A stretch of 64,000 bases of DNA, taken from the NCBI GenBank assembly GCA_016748015.1, contig JAAOMT010000128.1, positions 813,538 to 877,537 on the forward strand, given 5' to 3'. The translations under genes and the position numbers were made by a program. Under the pieces are notes generated by a model that saw only the letters and a list, made by a program, of their open reading frames with translations, searched no databases and was not told where the DNA came from. The stretch is from Geosiphon pyriformis uo1 (lineage: Eukaryota > Fungi > Glomeromycota). This document shows, piece after piece, positions 1 to 12,857 of this stretch (positions are counted from its first letter, which is position 1; each line of letters begins with the position of its first letter).

Positions 1-2500
1 AAAAAATGTTTAACAAATAAATTAATCAAACTCAAATCAAAGCATTTTTTGAAACTTGTACTTTTTTAGACTTATTTTTATTGAAATTACTCTCTAAAAT
101 TTGAAAAAAACTAAAACTAATTGCTTTAAAAATAAAAAAATTAACTTTAATTGTCTAATTAAACTTAACTTCAACAGATGTTTTAATATACAAACCCTAA
201 ATTATGATTAAAAATCTGTTTTTAAACAAAAAACAAACTAAAATAATCTTATCTAGAATTTTATTAATTCTTAAAACATAGTAAACCAAAAAATTAATAA
301 TAATAATAGCCATATCAGCATTAAGAAAATTTTTATCTAATTTAGATATAAAAATTCGAATATTATTAAATTTGTTCTTAATTTATAATCAAATACCAGA
401 TTTTAATTTCATTTTTGAAATAATTAATATTATATTGCCAAATTTTACATATCAATAAACAATATTTTTTTGTTTAGCTAAATTGTTTATACTTTTAATA
501 TTATATGTAACAATCTTTTAAACAAACTTATTTTTTAAGATAAAAATTAAGTCATAAAACCTGAATCATTGTGCAATTAATCTAATTTTATTAAAATTAA
601 ACCAATAAAAATCTCAAAAACTACTATTTTTGATTTTAAGCCATTTATATTAATGATTAGAATTTTTAAACTACTTAAATCCAAATCCAAAATCTTAATT
701 TTAGCCAAAAAAAAATAACACATACAAGTTATTTACAATTATATTTGAATTTAAATTTGTATTTAAAAGCATAAAAACAGACAATAAAAAAAGTTAGATT
801 ACTAAAACCAAAGACACCAAATTCATATTACTTAATTTTTAAACAATATTAAATATTTAATTAGCCAAAAATTCTAAAAAATACTTTAAAAAAGCCAAAT
901 AAACAATAATAAATAAATTATTTTATCAAATAAAAAAAACTATATTAAAACATAAAGCATTTAAAAAAAACAATACAAAATCAGAACTCAAGTAAGTATT
1001 ATTAAAAATAAAAGTTAGCAAAACTATTTAAGTTCATAATTTGTTATTAAAGACAATAAAATAGGAGATAAAAACACATTTTTTAATATATAATTTGGCC
1101 AATTAGAAGCAATTAATTTTCAAGATAGACTTTTTATATACTTTTGAAGACCAAAAAATAAATGCATTTGGTATATTACATTTTAAAGCAAAATGTTCAA
1201 AATACTTATATTTTTTACAATAAACTAAGTTTAATCTAGTCCAAAAAAGCCTTATACTATTAAAAATAGGCTTTATACAAAAAATTAATTCTAAATTTTT
1301 ATATATTTTAAAGCTTACTACAATATAATATATTTTATTACTAGTTTCAAATAATTAATTTATAATAAAAGTTTTTTTACCAGTTTTTTCTAATAAAATG
1401 CTAAAATTGTAAGCTGTTGTTTCTGCAGACAAAGTAAACAAAAATGCTTTAAACTAATTCTTTAATATTTAAACATTCTGGTCTCTTATAGTTTTAATTA
1501 TACATACTGAATTTTTTCTAATTAAAAATAACTACTTAGATGTTAACAGATTTGTCTAACTTAATTTAGTAAATTCAACTACAGTTTTCTGCTATAATTT
1601 AATTAGTAATAATTAAATTAACACTATCTAATTATACTTGACTACTACAACAATAATTATTTCTTTAAATGTATTTATAGAAATATTTTTTAATTACCAC
1701 AGCCTAATTTGAATGTATTTTTTGTTTTTTAAAATTACTGTTTAGTTTAATTCCTTTTTTTTTAGCCAATAACATGGCTTTATTCAAGTTTTTTTTAGAT
1801 GTAAACATAGATCTAATGATTTTTTCAAATTTTGAAAAGATAATAGCTTTTTTAAAACCAGTAATTATTAAAAAATTATTCTAATAATCTAAGTTTTAGG
1901 TATTATTGATTTGTTTTTCATTGTTAATAGATTGATATCCAAAGCAAAAAATTTTTTAATAGTCATTTCAACTGGTGTTTTTATTATTTTAAAGTTAATC
2001 TATTTTTTGTTCAAAAAAATACTAAAAGAAGATAAAAGAAATTTAACTTTTTTTTTATATTGAAATTAAAAAAACCAAAAAAAAAACCATTAATCATATT
2101 AATAACTACTTTATTAACTTTAGAAATAGTAGCAGCTAAATTTAGAAGCAGTTTATTATTAATACTAAACATAAAATTACTGTTTTTATTATTATTAAAC
2201 TTATTTGTCTTTATTATTATTAAACTTACTGTTTATATCTAAATACACATTATTATTAGAATCAAACTTAATTAAAAATATGTTTTTCTTATTATTAGAA
2301 TATTTAATATTATCAAGAATAATATTTTTTTTGAGAAAAAAAGCTATTAACAGAACCATAAAAAATCTTTTTAAGTACTTTTTTTCTTAGATATGCTATT
2401 GTTTAAAGCAGCTTTTGAGTTCATAACAAAGAAAATATTAACTTGAAAAATATTGAAAAAAAACAATAAAAAAAACAAAAAACTTTTTTTTTAAAAAATA
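1..2500 (-). mobile_element. Degenerate non-LTR (LINE) retrotransposon, 5' part: ORF1 and start of APE endonuclease; runs off the left edge
   Basis: The minus strand starts MNSKAALNNSISKKK at ~2424. Near 525-300 it reads KIVTYNIKSINNLAKQKNIVY..FGNIILIISKMKL, a decayed APE N-terminal motif (ATxNVRG..KQ..ETKL). Many stops. Left and right limits approximate. Confidence 0.6.
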
Positions 2501-2697
2501 TGCTCCTTAGAAAATTTTAGAAATAGAAGAAAAAAAAGTTTTTATAAATTATGTTATTAAATTTAATATTATATTATTTAAAACATTATAAATATAATTA
2601 AATTAGTAAATATTAACAATTTTCAAAATTAAAAATATTTTGCAAAATTTTATATTATGTTATATAATTATAAAATATATAAAAATATAGTTAAAAT

Positions 2698-3465
2698 TTA
2701 TTATTATTATTATTTTTACAAATATAGCCTAACTGTTATCTAGTATATAAAACCAAATCAAGTGGTTTAAACTAAATACAATTTACATTTTTATTACATG
2801 TGACCAGTTACTTGAATCAAATAAAACAATACTATATATCTATACAAACACATATATTATTATCTAAACCAAAAAAAAAACATAATCTGTATTTACCAAA
2901 ACCAATTATAAAAAATTTAATAATATTAAGCAATCAAATCACTCTATCTAATAATACAACTATTATAGTACAAGACAAATCTAATACCAAATCACTATTT
3001 TTGACCAGTCTAATTTTTTCTATATCTACTTTATATCCAGATTTCATGAGTTATAACTTTGAATAATATAACTTTATTAATTGTTTAACATACTTAACAA
3101 TAATAGAAACAGTTTTTCTTCTTTTGTTAAAAGTTATAACAGTTTTTGCATACCAATTTTTCAGCACAAATCTTTTATAAACTACTGCATACAAGTCTAC
3201 ATTTAATGAACACATGGAAAAAGTCTCCAAAACAGCAAAAATAGAAGAAATATAAATATCTATCAATAAAATCTACTATTTAAAAACCTCTATTAAAATT
3301 ATTTTACAAATACTATTATTTTTAACACAAATAAAAACATAATCTGACAGCTTTACTTTATTATACAACAAACACAACACAACATACTTAGATATATTTT
3401 GTCATATAATTTTTTTTTAATTACTATTAACAGTTATTTATATATAGTTTTTATTAAATACATGC
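2698..3465 (-). mobile_element. LINE copy 2, 3' end (zinc-finger region, 3' UTR, (TAA)n tail); interrupted by the gypsy element at 3466
   Basis: Colinear with the LINE 3' end at 56520-58080. It resumes at 13787 after the gypsy insertion. A TTA repeat at 2698-2713 is the tail on the minus strand. Confidence 0.7.
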
Positions 3466-4392
3466 TGTTACAGGTGATTTTTTGGGGTGTCGAGTGAATA
3501 ACAAACCCATAACTTGGTGCTTAAGGCAATTGGTGATGATGATAATCTGAAGGTATTTTATCTAAAGGTTTTCTAATCGAGTTCTTTGTATAATGAACAG
3601 AGATTCAATGGTTACAATTTATTAGTAGTTTCCTAAAACCGTAGTTTTGTCAATTGCTTGCTCAGCTTGATGGTTGATAATTTTCCTGGTACGATATTCT
3701 TCATAAGTGTATATCAGTGCTGTTTCCTGATGTCAGTTCCTCCATAAGTCCTCTAAGAATAAGTATTGTTTAAACAAGTTTATTCCTCCATAAGTCCTTC
3801 AAGAGTAAGTATTTTTTAAGTAAGTTTTATTCCTCCATAAGTCCTCCAAGAGTAAGTCTTTTAATCAAGTTAGTAGACAACCAAGAAAATAAAGAAAGAT
3901 AAAAGAGAAAATAAGAAATAAGCCAAGGTGATTTGCAAGTTAGTATTCCATCAATAGCCATGATCAAAAGCTATTGTTCTAGTATGGTTAAGTATTAGTT
4001 ACTATCAACATAAAGTGTTGATAATGAAGAATGAATTTGATATAATAAATAATTATTTATTTGAAGATTGTGGTAACTAAGCTAAGAATTCCTAGTGTTG
4101 ATTCTTCTTTTTCTGTTTCTAATGCTACTGCTATATATACATATTTGAAATTCCTCAATTCCTCAATTTTTTGTGACAGGAATCCTGGAATTCTTAGAAT
4201 CCTGTGATTCCTGATGAAAGGAATTCTAGAATTCTAGAATCCTGCGATTCCTTGTTGAAGAATCCTGAAATTCCTGGAATTCTGCAATTCCTCTGAGAAA
4301 AATCTTGGAATTCCATATTTACTACGTTTATATCTGATTGACTAATATCTACTGACTAATAATACTATATTTCCTATATTCTATGAGTAACA
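3466..4392 (-). repeat. 3' LTR of gypsy A1
   Basis: Direct repeat of 12860-13786, same length, TG...CA termini with a 6-bp inverted repeat; adjacent to the PPT. Confidence 0.95.
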
Positions 4393-4408
4393 TTATTCCC
4401 TCTTTTTA
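4393..4408 (-). promoter_or_regulatory. Polypurine tract of A1
   Basis: The minus strand reads AAAAAGAGGGAATAA immediately before the 3' LTR. Confidence 0.85.
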
Positions 4409-5092
4409 ATATTGAGCTCCATCAAAATCTAATTCCTTTAATTCCTCTTCTTGAATTATTTCTTGAACTTCTTTTTCAAGTATTACTTGTGTTATTTTAG
4501 TTTGTAGTTCTTCAAATTGGGTGTTGGTCATTTTTCCCAATTGATTACTCGTAACTGTATCCATTGCTGTGTTGAGTAGGATTTCTGGTCAGTCTTGAAA
4601 TCTCATATATAGCCAGTAAATGGCTCGAACTTGTATGGTTAGATTGTTTTTTCTCACAAATTGTTCCAGTTGTTTCAGTATTGTTGTGTCAAATAACTGT
4701 TTTGTTTTGTTGGTGTACAAATTCTGAATATTTATGTGTTGTCTCAAGTGGAAATAACAATAGTTTTTCGAAAATTGTTGCATCCACCAAGTCCAAGTTT
4801 CTTTGGTAAGTTCTTGGTGTAATCCGACTATTTGTTGTTCTTTTATGGCCAATTTTATCTTGGTCATGATCTTGTCAACAACATTTTCAAGTCTTTTCTG
4901 TGCTTTGTTTTGTGGTATCTTTGCCATATTTTTGTAATGAATGGTTTGTTGATTGATTGTAATTTCCATTTCTTGGTGTTGGATTAATTGAAAAATTTGT
5001 TGGACTAGTAAATAAATATTGTTCATAATTTCCATTTTTCTGATCTCTTCTGTCACGTCAACCATGTTCTTATATATTCTTTTGTTGATCAA
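4406..5092 (-). pseudogene. Uncharacterised ~225-aa domain downstream of integrase (probable IN C-terminal extension)
   Basis: ORF 4589-5092 continues to ...ELDFDGAQY* at the PPT. The homologous ORF in copy A2 (61251-61532) is in the pol frame. No TM segment seen. Confidence 0.65.
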
Positions 5093-5199
5093 TTGGACAT
5101 GTTGTTGTCAATGATAATGATTGGTTCCAGATCTCATGAAATCTTATCTAGTTGGACTAGTATTCTCTGTACTCCTAATTGTGGAATATTACTGGTGGA

Positions 5200-6300
5200 T
5201 AATAATGCTATATGGTGGTATGGTTTCAGTCAATCTCTATGTGCTGCTTTGGTCAAGATTTTGTTATTCAATCTTAATTTGTAAGCTCCATTTTCTAGAA
5301 TTTCTTCTATGTGAAATAGTCCGTCTCATTTGGGGTCAAATTTTCCACTCCATTGTTTTTCTGCTTTGGTACGATGTAATAGTACTTTGTTTCCAATCTT
5401 GAATTCAACTGGTTTATCTGGTAGTTGGTTATCATATCTTTTTTTTGTTTCTCTTGTGACTTTTGTATGTTATCAGCTGCTCTTCGTCATTTGTTTTCTA
5501 ATGTTTCCATTAAGTCATATGTTCTTTTCAACAATGTGTTTTTGAAATTTTCTTCTGTTATTGGTTCGGTTGGGTATGTGCTGACTTCTATTTCCACTGG
5601 TAGTGTTGCTATTCTACTATATACTAATTTAAATGGTATTGCTTGTGTAGTATCTTGCTTCATTGTCTGATAAGCAAATAGTACTAATGGTATCAACAAA
5701 TCCCAATTGTTCTGGTTTTCTTGGCTGAGCTTAGCTATTGCTTCATACAATGTTCTATTGAATCTTTCAACTAATCCATTGGTTTGTGGATGGTATAGTG
5801 ATGATAGTGGTCTTTTAATTTCGAATCTTTGGCTCAATTCTGTTAATGTTCTGTTTACAAAATGAGTTCCTTGGTTTGATAATAATTCCTTTGAACATCT
5901 GTGTCAACAAATTAAATCTTGATGAACAAATTCAGCAACGGATTCTGCATCCGCTCTTTGAATTGCTTTTGCCTCTGGCCATTTAGTAAGATAGTCCATG
6001 GCTATTGCTATGTACCTGTTTCCTCCGCTGGTGATTGTTAATGGTCCAACTAAATCAATTCCAATATGGTCGAATGGTTGTTCCACTTTGATTGGTCTTA
6101 ATAGTTCACTGGGTTTTGTACTTCCTCTTCACTGACAAGCATCACAATTTTGAACATATTGGATGATGTCTGGATATATTGATAGCCAATAGTATTTTTT
6201 TCTGGTTCTTTCTATAGTTGCTTCTTTGTGAAAGTGTTCTGCTGTTGGATTTGAGTGCATGTTGAATAATATTGTCTCTTTTTCTGGCTCTGTAATTACT
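5200..6300 (-). pseudogene. Integrase domain (HHCC, DDE core, SH3-like tail)
   Basis: Motifs MHSNPTAEHF...CDACQ, PFDHIGIDLVGP, HPQTNGLVERFNRTL and YKLRL..LKPY. Confidence 0.93.
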
Positions 6301-6569
6301 CTGGTTGGTTGCTCTAGATCTCTTCTATTTTTCCAATAAAGTATATTTTGGTGAGTGATAAAATATTTTGATTGTTGTTTGATACTTTTTCATTCCATTT
6401 GAGATAAATTCTCCTTGAACTGTTGAGTATTTATATAATATTGCAGTTGTTGATATTTTTGTATGTTCATCTTTTGTTATATTTTTCATTGGTATTGTTC
6501 TGGTTTTGTTATATTTTTTGGGTTGAAATGTTCTTAGATTTGTCTCATTTATGACAAACCATCAGCATT

Positions 6570-7760
6570 TCTATTGTTTTTTTCCTTTTTATAATATATA
6601 GTATAATTATATAGTGCAAGTGCTATTTTTCATCTTGACTGTCTTTCATCTCCAAATTCTTGTTTTTGAAGTGATGTTAATTCTTTGTGATCTATGTATA
6701 CTTCAAACTTCTGGTTCAAGTATTCTTTCCATTTCATGACTGCCCAGTATATTGCTAAGTGTTCTTGTTTTGGTGTTCCATAGTTCTTTTCAGCTGGTGT
6801 TAAACCTCTGCTGGCATATGCTACTGGATGTTCTCTGCCATCTGGTCCTCTCTAAGATAGTACTGCTCTCAATGCTTGGCCAGATACATCAGTAGTGATG
6901 ATGAATAATTTGCTGTAATCTGGATAGATCAGTACTGGAGCTTGAATGAGCTTTCTTTTCAGAATATCAAAAGCTTTTTGTTGACTTTCTGTCCATTCAT
7001 ATTTTGTATTTTTGGTTTGCAGTTGGTTGAGTGACTGCACTATCTTGGAAAAGTTCTTAATAAAACGTCAATAGTAGCTGGAGAATCCCAAGAATGATTT
7101 TAGTTCTGTCATATTGGCCAGTACTGGAAAGTTTTTTACTATCTCTATTTTCTCTGGATCTGTTTTGATGCCATCTTTGCTGACTATGTGTCCTAAGAAT
7201 TTTAGTTCTGTTTTGCTAAAAAAGCACTTTGTTGCATTTAACTTTAGTTCTGCTCTTCTTAGTCTTTCGAACACTTGTTGAAGATGATAAAGATGCTCAT
7301 TAAATGTTTTTGAGAATACATTGGTGTCGTCTAAGTATACAACTACTGATTTCCACAATAAGCCAGTATAAACAATTTCCATTAGCCGTTAGAAAGTGGC
7401 TGGTGCATTGGTTAAGCCAAATGGCATTACTTCAAATTCAAAATTCTCTTCTCTGGTGATAAATGCTATTTTTTCTTTGTCGGCTGAATTCATGGCTATT
7501 TGCCAGTAACCACTATTTAGATCTAATGTTGAAAACCATTTGTTTTCACCGAAAGTGTCAAATAATTCTTGAATCCATGAAGTGGGGTAGCTATCTCCAT
7601 GAATTACTCCATTGAGTTTTCTATAATCCACACAAAAGCAGATTTTCTCATTCTTTTTCTGGATGAATACCACTGGTGATGATTATGGGCTCATTGATGG
7701 CTGAATTAGCCCATTATCAAGCATTTGGTTTATCTCTTGATGGATAATTTCATGGCTAGC
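6570..7760 (-). pseudogene. Reverse transcriptase and RNase H domains
   Basis: Motifs [46 protein letters not shown] and HPVAYASR. Confidence 0.95.
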
Positions 7761-8369
7761 TGGTGGTACTTTGTATGCTCTTTGTTTAATTGGCATTGCA
7801 TCTCCAGTCTTAATCTGATGCTGAATAATGTCAGTTCAACCAAACTCATTTTCACTGGCAAAGATGTTGTTGAAATTGTTGAGCAACATCTTAAGTTGCA
7901 TACATTGGAGTGGATCTAAGTTTCCCATGTTTATTTGTTCCAATTGTTCTGGTTGGAGCAAATAACATTCACTTTGTCCATATATCATTTGTGATGTAAT
8001 ATCAACATATTCACAAAGCTGTGGAAAGTCTAGAATGGTGCTTGGTGGTTGATCCTCTATTTCAGTGCTTAAGTATCCAATGGTGGTTCCAGCTGGTATT
8101 ACTATGACATTTCCTGTGTTATTGTAGATGGGAATTTTGATGTGGCTGTAATCTTTGGCTGGTATATGGAGATTGATGAGTCCAATTTCTCTTGATTCAC
8201 AAAGAGTTGGTTCTGCTTCAAAAATCTGATTTTGTTCTTTTACCTCCTGCTTTATCTCTATTATGTACTGGCTATATGGTGGAATGGAAATTGTTTGACC
8301 CATTGAGATAATTTTCCCTTGGTCAACAATTTCTTTTTCTGTCATATTGACTAGTATATCTACTCTACC

Positions 8370-8759
8370 TGTCGATCTGAATCTCTATATTCCTCTTACT
8401 GTTATTCCTAATTCCTCCCTCTTTCTTATTGATACTAATTGAGCTACTCTAACCAGAGGCAGAAATATTGTCTGTGCTATTTTTTTATTGGGTTTTATTA
8501 TATAGGCCTTTTCTGAGTCATTTTGTAGCATAGCAATGATATTTTCTACATATCTCACATCAATTATTTCTCCTCTTATATTAATCCCTCTTTTCACTAA
8601 ACTACTCCTAGATGCTAATTGAACCATTGTTGTTGCTGGAATTTCCAGTGCTATTTTCAAATCAATGCAGGTGCGTGAATATGGTTCCAATTTGATGGCA
8701 TCTTTTCCTGAATACCTCAGATTAAATCCAGCATTATTATTGTGTGCACATTCTGACAT
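8370..8759 (-). pseudogene. Trimeric-type dUTPase domain between protease and RT
   Basis: Motifs AGFNLRY (motif I, AGFDL), ASRSSL (II), GEIIDVRYVENI (III, GxIDxGY.G), KKIAQ (IV) and a decayed RG..GFGST (V). Confidence 0.85.
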
Positions 8760-10049
8760 GATATCTTCATTATTGTTACTATACTATTTCAACTCCTGTT
8801 CTTTAGAGAGGTCTGGCAGTGCAATGTATTGTTCATATTTTGGGTCAGAGTTTGAATCTGAATTGAAATTATTGTCGTTGTTATCACTAATTTGAACAGA
8901 GCTGGAACTGGTGTTTTTGTTGTCATCATTGTCAGAGTTTGAATCAGGATTGAACAGTGATTCTGATTCTGATGTGCAGCTGCTGATTGGTTTTTCTTCC
9001 TTTGGGATCATGTAAATTATGTGGATTGGTGGATTGTAAATAAGGTCACACTCATTACAATATTGAAAATCACATGGGATCAAACAGTGATCACATAATT
9101 GAGTGTTTAGCTGTGTTAACCGCTTTTCTTGTTCCTCTTTGGTTGGTGCTAAATTTTGATAATGTTTGTGGAAGTCTTCTGGGTTGGTCTCAATGTCAAA
9201 AAAAGCATCTGGATTAGGGACTAGGATAATGTTGACTGGTTCTAGAGGATTGTTCTTAATTTCCAAGATTTCACTGGGCATGGTGCCTTTTACTTTGGCA
9301 TTTGCCATCCACCAGATCTCGTCTTTGTTATGTGGGTATCCGTCCAGATGAGAGATTGCTCAGTGCCAAGCGGCAGTTATTGACATACCACAACTCACCC
9401 AGTCATTGATAAGGATCATGTACTGGCACAAAGTGTCACACGTTTCTCTTTGACTAGAAATGTTGTTTCACATTCCTTCATCAAGCAACTGTTCGCCACA
9501 AGCGAGACATGGTTCATTGTCTCACTTGCCCTGTCTTTTTGGGTAGCCATACCATTCATAGTAACAAGGCTTGCAATAATAGTGGGTTCGTGTCCAGTGA
9601 TTTTCGTCTGGTGTGACCCAAGCTCTCATAGAGGAGAGTTTCTTTCCACAATTTTTGCATTTGAGCGGTATATATAATGGTTGTGGCAGTGGCTCATGGA
9701 TGGAGTACAAACTTGTCCAGCCACTAGTGGTGTTTTTTGTTGATTTAGTTTCTTCTGGTAGGTTGTCTTCTCTTTCTTTTCCCTTTTCTTTTTCTTCCCA
9801 ACTTAGTGTAAATGGCAACTCATTTTAATTGTCATCAATCCAAGTGCCAATGGTGGTTTCCCAGGTATGTTCTTCTTTCTGCTTTCCTTTTTCATGGTCA
9901 TCTTTGTTCCAAGCGAGTATGGGCAACAGTTCATTGTGGTCGATGTTGGCCCATGAAATCTGATATGCTTCCCATGTTGGTTTCTTTGTTTTCTCTTCAA
10001 GTTTGATCAGTGGTTGCAAGTTGGTTGGTTTAAAGTGGCCACATACTGC

Positions 10050-10420
10050 TGGTACTTGAGTATGTTGACCGTTTTGGCTCAGTTGGAGCTCTTGCATTAT
10101 CCAATCAAGTACGGCATTTGTTTTGGATAGCGAATCATTTCCAATAAGAGCTTGGTACTGAGTGGCTTCCATCACAAGGACTTTGATGGGTACCATGATG
10201 TTGTTAATTTCGATAGGTAGATTGTCTATTTCGCCTATTGGAGTTTTGATCGCTCCATCAGCTGTGATGATTCTTGCACTGGCAGCTCAGTCAACTCGGC
10301 AACCTAATTGATCCATGAGTTGCCTTGTTATGATACTGCCAGCTGATCCATTATCTAAGATCAGTTTGATAGCGTGGCCATCAATTTTGGCATCTATATA
10401 CATAGTGGTGATTGGCTTCT
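10050..10420 (-). pseudogene. Aspartic protease domain
   Basis: Motifs IKLILDNGSAGSII (DSG decayed to DNG) and ALIGND. Confidence 0.85.
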
Positions 10421-11036
10421 CTTCCAGAGCTGCTCCACTGAATAACAGAATTTCGATCATTTCTTCCAAGTTGAAGGGAAAAATGGCTGTGAGTGATTTA
10501 TTGTTGGTGACAGTTGCTGGTAAAATGTTGTTGGTAAGTGCTTGTTGTTGGTTGGGTCCCAAATTGTTGGTAGTGGTGTCTTTTGGGGTAACCAAGAGAC
10601 TTAAATAGTTCTGAGAATTCGGGTTTTAGGTGGTACTGGTATCCGAATTCTGAGAACATGATTCTGATGGTGAGTTGGAAAAACTGGGGATCAATTGGTG
10701 GACAACCATCACTGATCCTTAGTTTTGTGTGATTCTAGGTCTGGAGTGGCCTGATGTCATATTAACTGAATTCTGGGATGGTGTCTAAATTGATTGGGGT
10801 TAATAGATTACTTGTGGCTGTGGTTGATATATTACAGGTAACTGCGGTTAATATATTGCTGGTGGCTGTGGTTGATAAACTGGAGTCTGATATACTGGTG
10901 CTTGATAAATTGGCTGCTGTGTCATTGGCAGGTAAGTGTTTTGATATTGTTTCTGATTTTGTTGATATCTCAGAGTTTGAAATTGGCAATTGGAGTTTCT
11001 GTATTAATTTCCCAATCACTGGTGGTTATAAGTGTT

Positions 11037-11816
11037 GCAGTTTGCTCTGATGTGCCCTTGTTTACCACAGTTGTGGCAGACACGTGTTTTTGGCTGCCAC
11101 TGCTAATTGGCCGATGTTGAGGAATGCACTTAATTTTGGAAACGATTGTAGTTTCCTAAATTGCTGCATTGTTGAGGTGGTTGATAAATTGCACGATTGT
11201 CAGCTAAGTATCCTTCTAATTTTTGATTAATTGAATTACTGAATTGTTTCAATTTGGAGTCCAATTCAGATAATCCATTCATTATTAGATTAACAGCTTG
11301 GGCATGGCTGGCCTTGGACTCAGCTGATTCGAAATCTCTGGCGTGTGTAACTGCATCTTGAAGAGTGCCTGGATGCAACAGACATACATGTTGTAAGATG
11401 CTGCTGTGCAAGCCATGGATAAACTGGTTGAGAATCTGTGGCGCTGTGAAATAGTTGGCATCAATTGCCTGAATCTGGTGCAGATTTCTATGGAAGCATC
11501 TCAAGTAAGTGGTGACTGCTTCAGTTTCTTCTTGCTTCATAGTAATGAATGTATTGACTAGGCAGTTGATACTGTTATTGTTGCTGAAGTATCTTAAAAA
11601 TTCCACTTTGAAGGCATTGAAGTCTTGTGGTTTATTGATCAAGCTCTGATACCATGAATTGGCAGTATCTTTGAGAAAGTAGAGAATGGCTTGCATTGCT
11701 CGGACGTTATTCCATCCATTGGCTGCAATGGCTTTTTCCACATTGTTCAGCCATACTTGAGCATCGTCCTCTTTACCAGTAAAATTATCCAGTTTCGCGA
11801 TTGGTGCATAGACCAT
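11037..11816 (-). pseudogene. Gag capsid domain and CCHC zinc knuckle
   Basis: Retrotrans_gag-like FTGKEDDAQVWL...KQEETEAVTTY. In-frame CHNCGKQGHIRANC at 11037-11078. Confidence 0.9.
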
Positions 11817-12840
11817 TGGATCTAAGTTGGGTGGTTGTAGTGGCTGTTAAAGCGGTTGTTAATTTTGTTGAGGTGGTAGTTGAAGTGACTGCTGTATGGC
11901 TATTGGATCAATTAGTGGTTAATTGATAATGATTACCAGAGGTAAGTTTGGTTGATTAATTAGATCGGAGTTTTGATTATCCTGAGTTGGCGATGTCTGA
12001 ATATTTGGAGTTTCAACTTCTGAATTTACTGAATTTAAATTTTGCTGGTTCTAAAGATTTGGGGTTTCAAATTCCAGGTTTTTAGTAATTGGGTTCTGGT
12101 AAGTGAATTCTTAATCCTCAGTTTTTTCTTTTTCTTTTTCTTCTGATTCTGTTACCTCTTATAGATCAGAGATTCCAAAATTTGGTGAAAGTGGTGGTGA
12201 TCAAATTCCTGATGGTGTTGGTGACCGTGATTTAAATCCCTCGAAATATTTGCTGTATGGTCCTAATAACTCCACTTTTCTTTGTTTACTTTGGAATGGA
12301 AATCATTCAAATGTTGATGTCACATTTGGTGTGGATGTGCCTGCAGATGAAATATTGATAATGCTTCTAAGTGTGTGATAATATGATAGATATGATGGGG
12401 ATTCAATTTTTTGTTTCTTTTAGGTTGGTAGTTGTATCTCTTTAGGCATTACTGCTGGTGTTTGTAACTTTTCTTTGCCTTTATCTGCATAGGTAATAGG
12501 AAATTGTTGTTGAGTGTATTTTTCAATAGTTTGGTTGATTTCTCTAATTATTGGTGTGAAACTATAGTTCCTTGGTAAGTTGGTGTGTTAGAATAATTCT
12601 GTGTAAAAGTTTTTTCTTGCTGCTTTAATGTTAACTGTTCCTCCTAAGCATTTAATGATTTTGTCATTGACATAGAAGTTGAAGGCTGATTTGGCTGGGA
12701 AATGATTACTGTTTAATTCTAATTGTTGGCTGTATTGTTGAAACAAGGATTTCACGAATCCTAAATGATTTGCTCCTATATTTTCTGATTCTGTCACTTT
12801 TAGTTTGTTCTTGTTGGTGCTAGTTCTCTGTAGGATTATA

Positions 12841-12857
12841 CCTCACAGAGAGCACCA
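12841..12857 (-). promoter_or_regulatory. Primer-binding site TGGTGCTCTCTGTGAGG (probably elongator tRNA-Met)
   Basis: Lies 2 nt from the 5' LTR. Its complement CCTCAC-AGAGAGC-A-CCA has tRNA T-stem/acceptor/CCA architecture resembling eukaryotic elongator tRNA-Met. The tRNA identity is inference. Confidence 0.8.

Larger units (their letters stand above)
4406..12839 (-). pseudogene. Gag-Pol polyprotein pseudogene of A1 (single reading frame, many nonsense codons)
   Basis: The retroelement-domain ORFs starting at 12797, 11816, 10595, 10196, 9818, 9308, 8759, 8345, 7673, 7382, 7040, 6086 and 5837 all share one frame. They are broken only by TAA/TGA/TAG codons reachable by C-to-T/G-to-A changes. 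Confidence 0.9.

Noticed and set aside
4221-4240. Heat-shock element in the LTR (TTCTAGAA repeats)
   Set aside because: Spacing does not give three alternating nGAAn units and it is not retained in the sister LTR; probably G-to-A decay of TTCTGGAA.
4589-5092. env-like gene
   Set aside because: No signal peptide or TM helix; in frame with pol in copy A2.
10762-11019. Ser/Thr-rich 85-aa ORF as a separate gene or frameshifted gag
   Set aside because: It is an off-frame shadow of the Q/P/Y-rich gag region. The true frame carries the zinc knuckle and continues to the protease.
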